Assembly: GCA_965223795.1 (NCBI GenBank) | Contig: CBDCXL010000002.1 | Span: 1-64,000 of the forward strand | DNA from: Nitrospinales bacterium | GTDB taxonomy: Bacteria; Nitrospinota; Nitrospinia; Nitrospinales; VA-1 | DNA length: 64,000 bases | Reading direction: 5' to 3' | Part shown: piece by piece, positions 17,830-30,142 of the stretch | Layout of the letters: each line of letters starts with the position of its first letter | Numbering within the stretch: the first letter of the stretch is position 1 | Translations under genes and position numbers: made by a program | Notes under the pieces: generated by a model | Told to the model about the DNA's origin: nothing | The model's database searches: none | Seen by the model: the letters and a program-made list of their open reading frames with translations, nothing else

Positions 17830-18360
17830 ATGACAATGCGCAACAAACTCGAACACGGTCTGGAAACGACCGTTTTCAATAGCCGCTGGCTGCTGGCCCC
17901 GTTCTACATCGGGCTGGTCATCGGTATTGTTCTGCTGTTTATCAAATTCGTACAGGAGTTGTACCACCTCACCACACACGTTTTCACGCTGAAGGAACAC
18001 GACGTGGTGATCGGCATCCTTTCGCTGGTGGACATGGCGCTGGTGGGGTCGCTGCTGCTCATGATCATCTTCTCCGGCTACGAGATCTTCGTCTCGAAGA
18101 TCGACGTGGCCGACCATCAGGACAGGCCGGAGTGGATGGGCAAGGTGGATTTCGGCGGGTTGAAGCTCAAGGTCATCGGCGCGATCGTCGCCATCTCGGC
18201 CATCGACCTCTTGAAAACCTTCATGGAGATCCCGGCCGAGCCCAGCGAAGGCAATGTGCAGATGCTGACCTGGAAGGTGGTCATCCACATGACGTTCGTG
18301 CTGAGCGGCGTGTTCTTCGCCCTGATGGACCGCATCGCGTCGGAAACCAAGGCGCATTGA
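17830..18360 (+). CDS. UPF0114 (YqhA/TIGR00645) membrane protein
   Basis: SRWLLAPFY, SGYEIFVSK, LKLKV..IVAISAI. Confidence 0.88.
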   Translation: MTMRNKLEHGLETTVFNSRWLLAPFYIGLVIGIVLLFIKFVQELYHLTTHVFTLKEHDVVIGILSLVDMALVGSLLLMIIFSGYEIFVSKIDVADHQDRPEWMGKVDFGGLKLKVIGAIVAISAIDLLKTFMEIPAEPSEGNVQMLTWKVVIHMTFVLSGVFFALMDRIASETKAH

Positions 18361-18390
18361 GGGATATACTGGCAACCGAAAAATTATAAG

Positions 18391-18738
18391 CTACCTTGCA
18401 TTCCAACAATTTTGACACTCTAAATCCGTCATTTCCTTTTTACAGATTTGCATGAATTTTTTCCTGGGAACTTGTTGGCGAGATTTCTTTATACGCAAAC
18501 AAATATCAGTCCAACTTTTTTTATTGTTTCGTTTGCTGGAATCGAGATTTCGGGGCCGCCCATCTTTACAATATTCGTTATCCGGGCATGCAGAGCATTT
18601 ACCAAGATCTCCGCAAATATAAGAGCCGGTATCCGAAGGGCAACTATGCCAGCGATGGCAACCGGAACGATGCGCGCTGGCATCGGGAGGAACCAAAATA
18701 ATAAAGGCTAAGAGCAGGGGTAATTGATATTGTCCCAT
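18391..18738 (-). CDS. AT-rich secreted Cys/His-rich hypothetical protein
   Basis: Signal peptide, then HRSGCHRWHSCPSD...; GGAGG SD. Confidence 0.7.
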   Translation of the reverse strand: MGQYQLPLLLAFIILVPPDASAHRSGCHRWHSCPSDTGSYICGDLGKCSACPDNEYCKDGRPRNLDSSKRNNKKSWTDICLRIKKSRQQVPRKKFMQICKKEMTDLECQNCWNAR

Positions 18739-18811
18739 GCTGCCTCCAGGTTCAACTCATAGAAAACTGCCCATCCCTCAAAACATTGGAATTTCCGTAC
18801 AGTCCTTTTTT

Positions 18812-18828
18812 ATCCTGTCCCTCCTGTC
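18812..18828. repeat. REP-like tandem unit, family A
   Basis: ATCCTGTCCCTCCTGTC; compare 21457-21473 and 22465-22482. Confidence 0.5.
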
Positions 18829-18839
18829 AAACTCTCCAT

Positions 18840-19649
18840 TCAGCGCAAGCGGTTGACGTAGTCGGCAATCTTTTGGGCCTGCGGTCCGTCGATACGGGCG
18901 AGCGTGCGGGCAAGTTCATCCCAGGTGGCGCCCTGCGTGGTGCCGAGCAGGCCCAGGGCGCGGTCGATGGGGCCGGTGCCCGCCTTGTAGGCGCCGCCGG
19001 CGAAGTTCCACGCCTCGCTGGCGTCCACGCCGCGATCCACGAACAGTTCATAGAAAGAGCGGAGTTGCCGCGCCGCCGCTTTCAGGTTGGATTCGGGGTG
19101 CCACACAGAACCCGGCTCGCGGTCGGTCTGCACCCGCAGGCCGAGATCGCGCGCGGTATCGGGCAGGAGCTGGCCCAGACCCATCGCGCCGTTGGCGCCC
19201 AGCCGGTCGGGGTCGTATCCCGATTCGGCGCGGATCAGGTTGTCGAACAGGCCGGTGGGGACGTTCTGCGACGCGCCGATGGTGCGCGCCAGCGCGGGCA
19301 ACGATGAGAAACCGGCCGCCTGCGTGGACTCGACGGCATCGAGCAGGCCGCGGCGGGCCTCGATCTCATAAAATTTTGCGGCGAGTTTGGGGCTGGTGAT
19401 GGCGGGAACGTTTTTGGCCGGGGTTTTGCGGTCGAGCGCCTGGTTCATGATGAGGCGGTACTCGGAATACAGGTTGAAGGGCGCCTGATTGCCGGGCGCG
19501 CCTTCGCTCCAGGCGGACAGCATGCGGCGCTGGGCCTCGTAGAGCAGGGCCTGGAAGGCGAGCTTTTCCTGCGGGCCGGGCGCGTTGGCGTCGGTACGTT
19601 TCGCATCGGTTGTCGGTCGCCCGCCCTGGACGGGCTCGATCTCGGCCAT
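18840..19649 (-). CDS. Lytic transglycosylase (SLT domain)
   Basis: IRAESGYDP, GAMGLGQLLPDTA, AY-x-AG. Confidence 0.85.
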   Translation of the reverse strand: MAEIEPVQGGRPTTDAKRTDANAPGPQEKLAFQALLYEAQRRMLSAWSEGAPGNQAPFNLYSEYRLIMNQALDRKTPAKNVPAITSPKLAAKFYEIEARRGLLDAVESTQAAGFSSLPALARTIGASQNVPTGLFDNLIRAESGYDPDRLGANGAMGLGQLLPDTARDLGLRVQTDREPGSVWHPESNLKAAARQLRSFYELFVDRGVDASEAWNFAGGAYKAGTGPIDRALGLLGTTQGATWDELARTLARIDGPQAQKIADYVNRLR

Positions 19650-19735
19650 CCTCACCTCCGCGGAGGGCGGAGTGGTTCACGCCGCGCACGGTTTCGTCGC
19701 AAAAACTTTGACGTCCGCCTCCGCCCTATTTTAAA

Positions 19736-19751
19736 AGCAAGCTCTGTGCCG
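19736..19751 (-). promoter_or_regulatory. sigma54 -24/-12 motif
   Basis: CGGCACAGAGCTTGCT upstream of the SLT gene. Confidence 0.6.
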
Positions 19752-19855
19752 CCTCACCCCCATCGGGCCTGGCGACACAAGGTCAAATACTTGGCAAAAC
19801 CGGTGCGTTAAACCGCAGACGGAATGTGCGGGGAAATTTGACGCTGCTTTGCTCT

Positions 19856-19915
19856 GTCATGCTGAGCCTGTCGAAGCATGACCGCTGTCACCCTTCGACA
19901 AGCTCAGGGTGACAG
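19856..19915. repeat. Two inverted family-C REP-like palindromes
   Basis: GTCATGCTGAGCCTGTCGAAGCATGAC and CTGTCACCCTTCGACAAGCTCAGGGTGACAG. Confidence 0.8.
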
Positions 19916-19925
19916 TATCTACTAT

Positions 19926-20819
19926 TTAAGGATCTCCGCGCAGAAACCCCGCCTGTTTTTCGGCGTGGTAGGAGCTGCGCACCAGCGGTCCGGACTCCAC
20001 GTGCTCGAATCCCAGCGATCGCGCGATTTCGCCATATCGGGCGAATTGATCCGGGTGCAGGTATTCCTCCACTTCCATGTGGTTGCGCGTCGGCCGGAGG
20101 TACTGCCCCAGCGACAGCATGCGGCATCCCACGTCAACGAGGTCGCGCAGGGTTTCGACGACCTGTTCCTCCGTCTCACCCAATCCCAGCATGAGCGAAC
20201 TTTTCGTGACACAGCCGTGCTGCTCGCGCGCGATTTTGAGCGTCGCCAGCGACCACTCGTAGCGGCACTGCGGCCGCACGCGGCTCTGCAGGGCGCGCAC
20301 GGTTTCCAGATTGTGCGCCAGCACATCGGGCCGCGCCGCGCACACGGTGCCGATGTCCTGCGCGGCGCCCTTGAAATCCGGGATCAGCGCTTCCACTTTT
20401 GTTTCCGGACAGCGCCGCCGGAGCGTACGGAGCGTTTCCGCCCAATGCGCCGCGCCGCCGTCGGGCAGGTCGTCGCGGTCCACCGAGGTGATGACAGCGT
20501 AGCGCACGCCGAGCGTTTCGATCATCGCCGCTACCTCTTCCGGCTCTTCGGGCCGGGGCGGCTGCATGTGTCCTGTGGGCACGTCGCAGAAGCGGCAGGC
20601 GCGCGTGCAGGTGCCGCCCAGGATCATCAGCGTCAGCGTGCCCGCGTTCCAGCACTCGCCGATGTTGGGGCAGGACGCGGACTCGCAGACCGTGTGCAGT
20701 GCGTGCCGCCGCACCAGCGATTTCAGGCGGGCGTAGTTGTCGCCGCCGGGCAGCGGCACCTTGAGCCAGTCGGGCAGCCGCCGTTTCGGCCGGGAAATTG
20801 TGGTTTCGGGTTCGGACAT
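19926..20819 (-). CDS. lipA: Lipoyl synthase
   Basis: CESASCPNIGEC, CTRACRFC, RSSYHA. Confidence 0.97.
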   Translation of the reverse strand: MSEPETTISRPKRRLPDWLKVPLPGGDNYARLKSLVRRHALHTVCESASCPNIGECWNAGTLTLMILGGTCTRACRFCDVPTGHMQPPRPEEPEEVAAMIETLGVRYAVITSVDRDDLPDGGAAHWAETLRTLRRRCPETKVEALIPDFKGAAQDIGTVCAARPDVLAHNLETVRALQSRVRPQCRYEWSLATLKIAREQHGCVTKSSLMLGLGETEEQVVETLRDLVDVGCRMLSLGQYLRPTRNHMEVEEYLHPDQFARYGEIARSLGFEHVESGPLVRSSYHAEKQAGFLRGDP

Positions 20820-20963
20820 GCGTTGTTCTCTGAATAATTTTGAAATTCGGCCGCCGCGAGGGAATTGTCCCACGGGCCCGGAGATCAATAGTATAATCGG
20901 TTGCACTGAAAAAGAAAGCCCGGAGGCGATCCGCCTTCAGGGCGTTATCTGGGAGGGTCCACC

Positions 20964-21413
20964 ATGCTCAAAGCCAAAGACATCATGACGCGCGAGGTGA
21001 TCACCGTCAAACGCGACACGCCGATCAGCGAGTTGTCCAAAATTTTCATCCAGCACGGCGTGAACGGCGTGCCGGTGGTGGACGACGGCGGCAAGGTGGA
21101 GGGCATCGTGACGCAGGGCGACCTGATCGAGCAGAACAAGAACCTGCACATCCCCACAGTGATCACGCTGTTCGACGCGGTGCTGTTTCTGGAAAGCGAG
21201 AAGAAGTTCGAGGACGACGTGAAGAAGCTGACCGGGACGAAGGTGGAGGACATCTACAGCAAAAAGGCGGTCACCGTTTCACCGGAGTCGGACATCGCGG
21301 ACGTCACCACCATCATGGCGGAAAAAGAGATCCACACCCTGCCGGTTGTCGAGGGCGGCAAACTGGTCGGCGTCATCGGCAAACTCGATCTGATCAAGGG
21401 CATGTCACAGTAA
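20964..21413 (+). CDS. CBS-pair protein
   Basis: Two CBS motifs (VPVVD..GIVT; LPVVE..GVIG). Confidence 0.9.
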   Translation: MLKAKDIMTREVITVKRDTPISELSKIFIQHGVNGVPVVDDGGKVEGIVTQGDLIEQNKNLHIPTVITLFDAVLFLESEKKFEDDVKKLTGTKVEDIYSKKAVTVSPESDIADVTTIMAEKEIHTLPVVEGGKLVGVIGKLDLIKGMSQ

Positions 21414-21456
21414 ACGCAGAAACGATCTCCCCACAAGAAACAAAGAAAATAAATTA

Positions 21457-21517
21457 GACAGGATTAACAGGATAAAAGAGAAAAGCAGCCTCGCGCAAAG
21501 CCGCCAAGACGCAAAGA
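21457..21517 (+). repeat. Family-A unit plus 37-bp family-B repeat (left copies)
   Basis: GACAGGATTAACAGGAT; AAAAGCAGCCTCGCGCAAAGCCGCCAAGACGCAAAGA. Confidence 0.8.
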
Positions 21518-21546
21518 GAAAAGAGGTAATAGGAATAAATTTATAA

Positions 21547-21810
21547 TCATTCATTTATAGGACTTAAAACAAGCCAAAACCCGTAACTCCCAAAAAATAT
21601 GAATGCGGACCCCAAAAAATAGTTATAGAAGATAAGAATTTTTTTCCCAAAATATTTTTTTAGAACAGAATGAGAATAAAAGGGGGAAAACTTGTTCGGA
21701 GGATCTACAAATATCGGCCACTTTTTACCTGTGCCATAAAGTTCTAATATTCCAATAGAAATAATTATCAGGCAAATCGCTATTTCAAGATATTTGATAA
21801 TCCACTCCAT
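21547..21810 (-). CDS. AT-rich 2-TM hypothetical protein
   Basis: 87 aa, two hydrophobic helices. Confidence 0.6.
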   Translation of the reverse strand: MEWIIKYLEIAICLIIISIGILELYGTGKKWPIFVDPPNKFSPFYSHSVLKKYFGKKILIFYNYFLGSAFIFFGSYGFWLVLSPINE

Positions 21811-21830
21811 TCATAAGGATACTTTATCAC

Positions 21831-21920
21831 TCCCCCTCACCCCACCCTCAAGCCACCTTCCGGGTATTTGGTAATGCGGGTGTCAAGCTTTGCTTGGCCT
21901 CCCTCCAGGGGAGAGGGAGA
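21831..21920. repeat. Interrupted REP-like element (CCCTCACCCC..CCCTC / TCCC..GGGAGAGGG type)
   Basis: The two halves are separated by about 50 bp. Confidence 0.5.
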
Positions 21921-21948
21921 AATACACTTCATAGTTTTCTGTAAATTT

Positions 21949-22467
21949 TCACCTAAATTCCAATATCTTCTTTCTCTGCAAACTGAAGTCGATCACTCCG
22001 ATAAATTCTTCAACATATTGAACAAATTCCTGGAATAAGGCATCCGGCACCTTTCCCTTAAGGGCCGGTCCAAATTCCAATTCATGGTATTCAAAATTTC
22101 CTTTTTTATCGACAAACAAGACCGACCTTTCTTTTTTCTTGTCTGAATAAATGAAATCGATTCTCAGAGAAAGTGAAAATGCAATGCCCTTTGATTTTTC
22201 TTTATTCTTCAAAGCCTCATTCATGAATGCGCTCACATTTTCGATATGCTTTTCATTTTCCAGTAAGATCTGATTATCGCTGCGCTGAATAATATCTCCT
22301 TTGTAGGTTGGCGGTTCTGGAACCACTAAAGGGTGTGCATAGCAAATAACCAGACGATCGATTTCCGGTTTTCTAGGTTTCGCTTCAACATAGTTTGATG
22401 AAAAAACCAAAAGCATGAATGAAATCCAAAAAGTAAAGCAAAGGCTGCTTTTGTAAAATTTTTTCAT
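21949..22467 (-). CDS. AT-rich secreted hypothetical protein
   Basis: Signal peptide MKKFYKSS...VEA. Confidence 0.65.
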   Translation of the reverse strand: MKKFYKSSLCFTFWISFMLLVFSSNYVEAKPRKPEIDRLVICYAHPLVVPEPPTYKGDIIQRSDNQILLENEKHIENVSAFMNEALKNKEKSKGIAFSLSLRIDFIYSDKKKERSVLFVDKKGNFEYHELEFGPALKGKVPDALFQEFVQYVEEFIGVIDFSLQRKKILEFR

Positions 22468-22536
22468 CCTGTCCATCCTGTCCCCAATCTTTTCGCTTTT
22501 CTTTGCGTCTTCGCGGCTTTGCGCGAGGCCGCTTTT
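22465..22536 (-). repeat. Family-A unit plus family-B repeat (right, inverted copies)
   Basis: CATCCTGTCCATCCTGTC; 22500-22536 is the reverse complement of 21481-21517 with 2 mismatches. Confidence 0.8.
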
Positions 22537-22545
22537 GTTTTGCTT

Positions 22546-24953
<2,408 letters not shown>

Positions 24954-24964
<11 letters not shown>

Positions 24965-26357
24965 GGCGGTGAAACCATCCTTTCCACAACGTCATCATTA
25001 ATATTTTAAGGTCGAAGCCGAGCGACCAGTTTTTGATGTAGTACAGGTCGCACTCGATCCGCTGGTGCAGGCTGGTGTTGCCGCGCCAGCCGTTGACCTG
25101 CGCCCAGCCGGTGAGCCCGGCCTTCATCTTGAGCCTGAGCATGTAGTGCGGGATCGAGTTCTTGAACTCCCTGATGAACACCGGCCGCTCCGGCCGCGGT
25201 CCCACCAGGCTCATGTCGCCTTTCAGCACGTTGAACAGCTGCGGCAGCTCGTCGAGGCTGGTTTTTCTCAAAAACGCACCGATCCAGGTGCGGCGGGAAT
25301 CGTTCTCGCTCGCCCAAACGGGCCCGGTTTCCTTTTCCGCGCCCACCGGCATGGAGCGGAACTTGAGCATGGAGAACACTTTCTGATCCAGCCCCATGCG
25401 TTCCTGCCGGTAGAACACCGGTCCCTTTGAAGAAAGCTTGACCACACAGGCGATCAAAAGCATCAAGGGCGCTGTCACTAAAATTGCCAGCGCGGAGAGG
25501 ACGATGTCCGAGGTGCGCTTGACGACGACGTTCCAGCCGTACAACGGCGATTCGGCCAGGTTGACGATGGGCAATCCGTCCAGCTCCTCGACGCCCGACT
25601 GGATGTTCATGTACTTGAACAGGTCGGGCACCACCTTGACGTCCACGGTCTCGCCTTCCAGGTACGACAGCACCGCCTCCAGCTTATCATGGGCCTGAAG
25701 CGGCAGAGCGATGAAAAGCTGGCTGACGTTCTTCTCGGCGATCACGCGCGAAAGCTCCTCATAAAGCCCCAGAACCGGCGTTCCCTCGATGGACGTTCCA
25801 ATTTTTTCTTTATGCCGGGTGAGATAACCGACCACGTTGAACCCGATCTCCGGGTGCTGACTGAGTTTCCCGGCCACGGTGCGGCCCAGCTCGCCCGCCC
25901 CGACGATGAGCACGTTCTGCTGGTCCCAGCCGCGCCCGCGGATCGCGGTCAGGAACCTGCGCACCATCCAGTGGGACAGGATCATGGCCGCCGTGACGAC
26001 GATCCAGAAATACAGCGTCACGATGCGGGAATAACTGAACTCGCGGTAAAAGAAGGTCAACGCCGTGAGCACCAGCACCGAAAAGGAGGTGACCTTCAGG
26101 ATCGCCAGCGCCTCGCTGCCGCCGGGCTTGTCGCCGCGCGGCCGGTACAGGCCGAAAGCGCGGATGCTGATCATGAACACGATCCATATGGGAACGAGCG
26201 CTTCCACGTAGCGGGATAACGGCGGCACGCCCAGCGTCACCGGGAAAAACTGCAGCTCGAACCGGATGGTGTAGGCCAGCAACCAGGAAGAGAGAATGGC
26301 CAGGCTGTCAGAAACGACCAGGGCGGAAAGAAATAGTTGACCGTGTTTCTTCAGCAT
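24954..26357 (-). CDS. Undecaprenyl-phosphate glucose phosphotransferase (WcaJ-like)
   Basis: N-terminal TMs, [27 protein letters not shown]. Confidence 0.93.
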
Positions 26358-27508
26358 CGATGTTTCTGAAACCGCTCTTCAATGAAATGCTGAATTCGAT
26401 CGGAAAAGAGTTGCGTGTCAAATTGAAGTGCGTTTTTTCTATTGTTTTCGGGTTGGAACCGCTGCTCGATCGATTCGAAATGCCGGACGGCGGAGGCGAG
26501 GGCTTCCGGAGTCTGCTCGTAAAAATAGACCCCCGTGGGTTGGGCTGTTTGTTCTTCGGCGATTCCTGTTTCCGGCTTCCAGGTTTCACGGTCCGGAATC
26601 ACCGTTTCCAGCGCCCCTCCACGAGCCAGGGCGATCACGGGACGCCCCATGCACTGGGCCTCCAGCGGCGTGATGCCGAAATCCTCTTCTCCACAAAAGA
26701 TGAAGGCTCTGCACCGGGCGTAGCAGGAACGCAGTTCTTCGCCCACCTTCCACCCTTTGAACTGCACATTTGGGCCGGCAATTTTCTTCAACTCCTTCGC
26801 CATCTGCCCATCTCCAACAACGATGAGAGGATATCCCAATCCGTTGAAGGCTTCAACCGCTAAATCCACCCGCTTGTAGGGCGCAAATGCCGATACCACA
26901 AGGAAAAAATCCTCCGGCGGCTCGCCCGTGGGAGCGAAAAAGGTGCTGTCCACCGGGCATTCGATCACCGTCGATTCCCGGTTGTAGTATGTTTTTATGC
27001 GCTTTTGCACGTGGCGGGAAATGGCGATGAATTCGTCCACGCCGCGGTTCGACCGCACGTCCCAGCGCCTCAAGGGAGGTGCGATCACCTTCATGGCGGC
27101 GGCGGTCAACACGCCGCTGGTTTTGAGGTTGAAATACTCATCGTACTGATCCCAGATGTAGCGCATCGGGGTGTAGCAGTAAGAGATGTGCAGGCTGCCG
27201 CGCGGCGCGCGGACGCCTTTGGCGACGCAGTGGCTGCTGCTCAGAATCAGATCATATCCGGACAGATCCAGGGAACGGATGGCCCAGGGCATCAGCGGCA
27301 GGTAATGGCGGTAACGCGTTTCGATGCTGGGGAACGATTGCAGAAAGGACGTGTGGATGCGCCGGGATTCGATGGTGTCGGAGAGCTTTCCGGGTAAGTG
27401 GATGAGCGTGAACAGGTCGGCTTCCGGATAGAGCCTTAAGAATACTTCGAGACAGTTTTCCCCGCCGCGCATGCCGGTCAGCCAATCGTGGACGATCGCG
27501 ACCTTCAT
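26351..27508 (-). CDS. GT4 glycosyltransferase
   Basis: HDWLTGMRGGE, EDFGITPLEAQ. Confidence 0.92.
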   Translation of the reverse strand: MKVAIVHDWLTGMRGGENCLEVFLRLYPEADLFTLIHLPGKLSDTIESRRIHTSFLQSFPSIETRYRHYLPLMPWAIRSLDLSGYDLILSSSHCVAKGVRAPRGSLHISYCYTPMRYIWDQYDEYFNLKTSGVLTAAAMKVIAPPLRRWDVRSNRGVDEFIAISRHVQKRIKTYYNRESTVIECPVDSTFFAPTGEPPEDFFLVVSAFAPYKRVDLAVEAFNGLGYPLIVVGDGQMAKELKKIAGPNVQFKGWKVGEELRSCYARCRAFIFCGEEDFGITPLEAQCMGRPVIALARGGALETVIPDRETWKPETGIAEEQTAQPTGVYFYEQTPEALASAVRHFESIEQRFQPENNRKNALQFDTQLFSDRIQHFIEERFQKHRC

Positions 27509-27568
27509 CGAGAGGGGAGACCTCCTGATTCAACTTTGAACGTGGGGCCGAAAAAAAAGAAGAAGCGG

Positions 27569-28525
27569 TTACTGAATCTCATTCAGCTGAGTCATGATCT
27601 TGCCGCGCACTTCCGCCGGCGGGTTGTACTTGAGCGCGGTTTCCAGGATGTCCACGGCGCGGCTCGACTCGCCCTTTTTGTAATAGCTCACGCCCAGCAT
27701 CAGCCGCGAATCGTGCGCCTTGTTGCCGTTGGGGTACTGGTTGAGCAGCGTGTCGAACTGCTTGATGGCGTCGTCGTACATTTCCAGCTTCACGTAATTG
27801 CTGCCGATCCAGAAGAGGATGTTGTCCTTCAGGCTGGAAGGCGGATTGCTGAGCGCGAAATTCTGGAACAACAGGATGGATTCGTCGTAATTGCCGTTGT
27901 TGTAGGCGTCGAGAGCCTGTTTGTATTCCGGAGGGGTCTTGCCGCCGCCGGAGGACGACCCGGACGCTGCGCGCGGCATGCCGCGGGTTTTGGCGGGGCC
28001 TCCGCGTCCTGATTTCAGGCTGGAGATTTCGTCATTGAGCATGGCGACCTGGCGTTTCAATTCCTCCACTTCCGGCTCGAGAAATTCCGACGTGGTGGAA
28101 GCGGCGGACAGGCTGCCTTCGAGGCGTTCCTGGGTCGCGCTCACCTTCGGTTCCAGGGTGATGAGCATTTCCTCCAGTTCCCGCACTTTGCTGATCAGGG
28201 CTTCCTGCTGCGACTGCAGGCTCTGCACATCGCCTTTCAACTCGTTGGCGTCGGAGGACGGGTCGAGGCTCGAAAAGCCGCTGTCGCCGCTGCCGCTGGT
28301 GCCACCCTCGATGAGGGAGCTGTCTTCCGCAAAAAATTCGTCCTCGGCGGAGGTGCTGGCTTTCTGGAGACTCTGCTCGTCTTCAAAAGGGAAATCCTCT
28401 TCGAAGGCGAGATCTTCCTCATCGTCGTCGCCGATCCAGGGAATGTAGCTGCAGCCGTTGAGAACCAGCGGCGATGCCACAATGAACACAGCCAGAATTT
28501 TCAGCAAATATTTTTTTGCGGACAT
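27569..28525 (-). CDS. CpoB/YbgF-like coiled-coil TPR lipoprotein
   Basis: Lipobox LNGC, coiled coil, three TPRs. Confidence 0.8.
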   Translation of the reverse strand: MSAKKYLLKILAVFIVASPLVLNGCSYIPWIGDDDEEDLAFEEDFPFEDEQSLQKASTSAEDEFFAEDSSLIEGGTSGSGDSGFSSLDPSSDANELKGDVQSLQSQQEALISKVRELEEMLITLEPKVSATQERLEGSLSAASTTSEFLEPEVEELKRQVAMLNDEISSLKSGRGGPAKTRGMPRAASGSSSGGGKTPPEYKQALDAYNNGNYDESILLFQNFALSNPPSSLKDNILFWIGSNYVKLEMYDDAIKQFDTLLNQYPNGNKAHDSRLMLGVSYYKKGESSRAVDILETALKYNPPAEVRGKIMTQLNEIQ

Positions 28526-28731
28526 ACTCTTCTCCCTCAATTTTGGGATCGATAACCCTTAATTATCAAAGGATTATATTGAGAGGCCGTTTTCCTGTCA
28601 ACACAAATAACCTGTCTGAGTTTTTAGCTTACTCATTTTTAATCAAGGATTTCAAGAGTTCTTTCTCGCCTTTGTTACAATTTAAATCTCCTTACAACAA
28701 ATTCAACCTTTATTTTTGTTAAAACCGTCCG

Positions 28732-29901
28732 TCACGTCACAAGCGATTTTTTTTGACTCATCGCCGCCAGGCGGGCCAGTTCCCGCGCCACCGGTTCGAT
28801 GTGCGCCTCCTTATTGCTCCGGCCGAGACTCAACCTCAGGGAACTTTCGATCAGCGCCGGCGCAACGCCCATGGCTTCAAGCACATGAGATGGCTGCCCC
28901 GATCCGGAGCTGCAGGCGGAGCCGGTGGAGACGGCGATGCCCTGTGTGTCCAGGCCGATCATCATCGCTTCTCCGGCCGCTCCCGGGATGGAAAAGCCGA
29001 GCGTGTTGGGCAGCCGGTTGTCCGGGTCGCCCCAAAGCTCGGCGGCGGGAACGGCTTTGACGATGGCGTCCCAGAACCGGTCCCTGAGCTGGCGCATGCG
29101 CCCGGGCTCTCCCGCTTCGATGCGCTCTTTTGCGATCGCGCAGGCGGTTCCGAATCCGACGATGCCGGGCATGTTCTCGGTGCCGCCGCGCCGTTTCTTT
29201 TCCTGATTGCCGCCGCTGATCGGCGTGTACAGGGACGGCGCTCCTTTTTTCAGATACAGCGCGCCGGTGCCTTTGGGCCCGTACAGCTTGTGCGAGGAGA
29301 TGGAAAGAAAATCCACCGGCAGCGCGCTCACGTCGACGGGGATCTTGCCCACGCTCTGCACCGCGTCGCAATGAAACAGCGCGCCTTTGCCGCGCGCGAT
29401 GGCGCCCAGGGTTTCGATGTCGTGCAGCGTGCCCACTTCGCTGTTGGCGTGCTGGATGGAAACCAGGATCGTGTCGTCCGTGACGGCGCGCTTTAAATCT
29501 TCCGGGTCGATGCGGCCCTGCCTGTCCACGGGCAGCAGTTCAATGGCATACCCGAGCGTTTCGAGCTGGCGGCAGGGGTTGAGCACGGCGGGGTGCTCGG
29601 CGGCGTTGGTGACGATGTGCCGCCCTTTGTTCTTGAGCGCCAGCGCCACACCCAGAATGGCGAAGTTGTTCGATTCGGTGCCGCCGCTGGTGAACAGGAT
29701 CTCCGCCGGATGCGCGCCGATCAGCGCCGCCACCTTTTCGCGCGCCTCGTCCAGGCGCACGCGCGCCCGGCGGCCTTCGGCGTGGGTGCTGGACGGGTTG
29801 CCGAACTCGGCCTCCAGTAGCGGCAGCATGGCCGCGCGCACTTTCGGGTCCACCGGGGTGGTCGCGTTGTGGTCGAGATAAATGCGGTTCGATTCAGACA
29901 T
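28732..29901 (-). CDS. iscS: Cysteine desulfurase
   Basis: YLDHNATT, TSGGTESNN, SSHKLYGPKG, STGSACSS. Confidence 0.93.
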   Translation of the reverse strand: MSESNRIYLDHNATTPVDPKVRAAMLPLLEAEFGNPSSTHAEGRRARVRLDEAREKVAALIGAHPAEILFTSGGTESNNFAILGVALALKNKGRHIVTNAAEHPAVLNPCRQLETLGYAIELLPVDRQGRIDPEDLKRAVTDDTILVSIQHANSEVGTLHDIETLGAIARGKGALFHCDAVQSVGKIPVDVSALPVDFLSISSHKLYGPKGTGALYLKKGAPSLYTPISGGNQEKKRRGGTENMPGIVGFGTACAIAKERIEAGEPGRMRQLRDRFWDAIVKAVPAAELWGDPDNRLPNTLGFSIPGAAGEAMMIGLDTQGIAVSTGSACSSGSGQPSHVLEAMGVAPALIESSLRLSLGRSNKEAHIEPVARELARLAAMSQKKSLVT

Positions 29902-29916
29902 TCTCCTCCGCGGAGA

Positions 29917-30116
29917 GCGAATTTGCGGACGCCGTGCACGGCTTGCAGGGTTTATTAAAAACTTGTCCCCCGAGTATCCGATCGCGTGCCGCTGCCCCCC
30001 TATTGCTACGTGCGATGGATTAATGTGAAACTCATTCCGGTTCAGACGAGCCGGACTCTCACTCTTGCACCGAGCCTCCACTTCAAGTGCCGAGGGCGAA
30101 TTTGCGGACGCCGTGC
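29917..30116. repeat. Perfect 21-bp direct repeat pair
   Basis: GCGAATTTGCGGACGCCGTGC at 29917-29937 and 30096-30116. Confidence 0.9.
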
Positions 30117-30142
30117 GCTTTCGGCAAAGCCAGTCCAGAGCC

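Noticed and set aside
21481..22536. Insertion sequence
   Set aside because: No transposase between the inverted repeats and no clear target-site duplication
29917..30116. Possible CRISPR array or 6S RNA
   Set aside because: Only two repeats with a 158-bp spacer and no cas genes; no long rod with a central bubble could be built by eye
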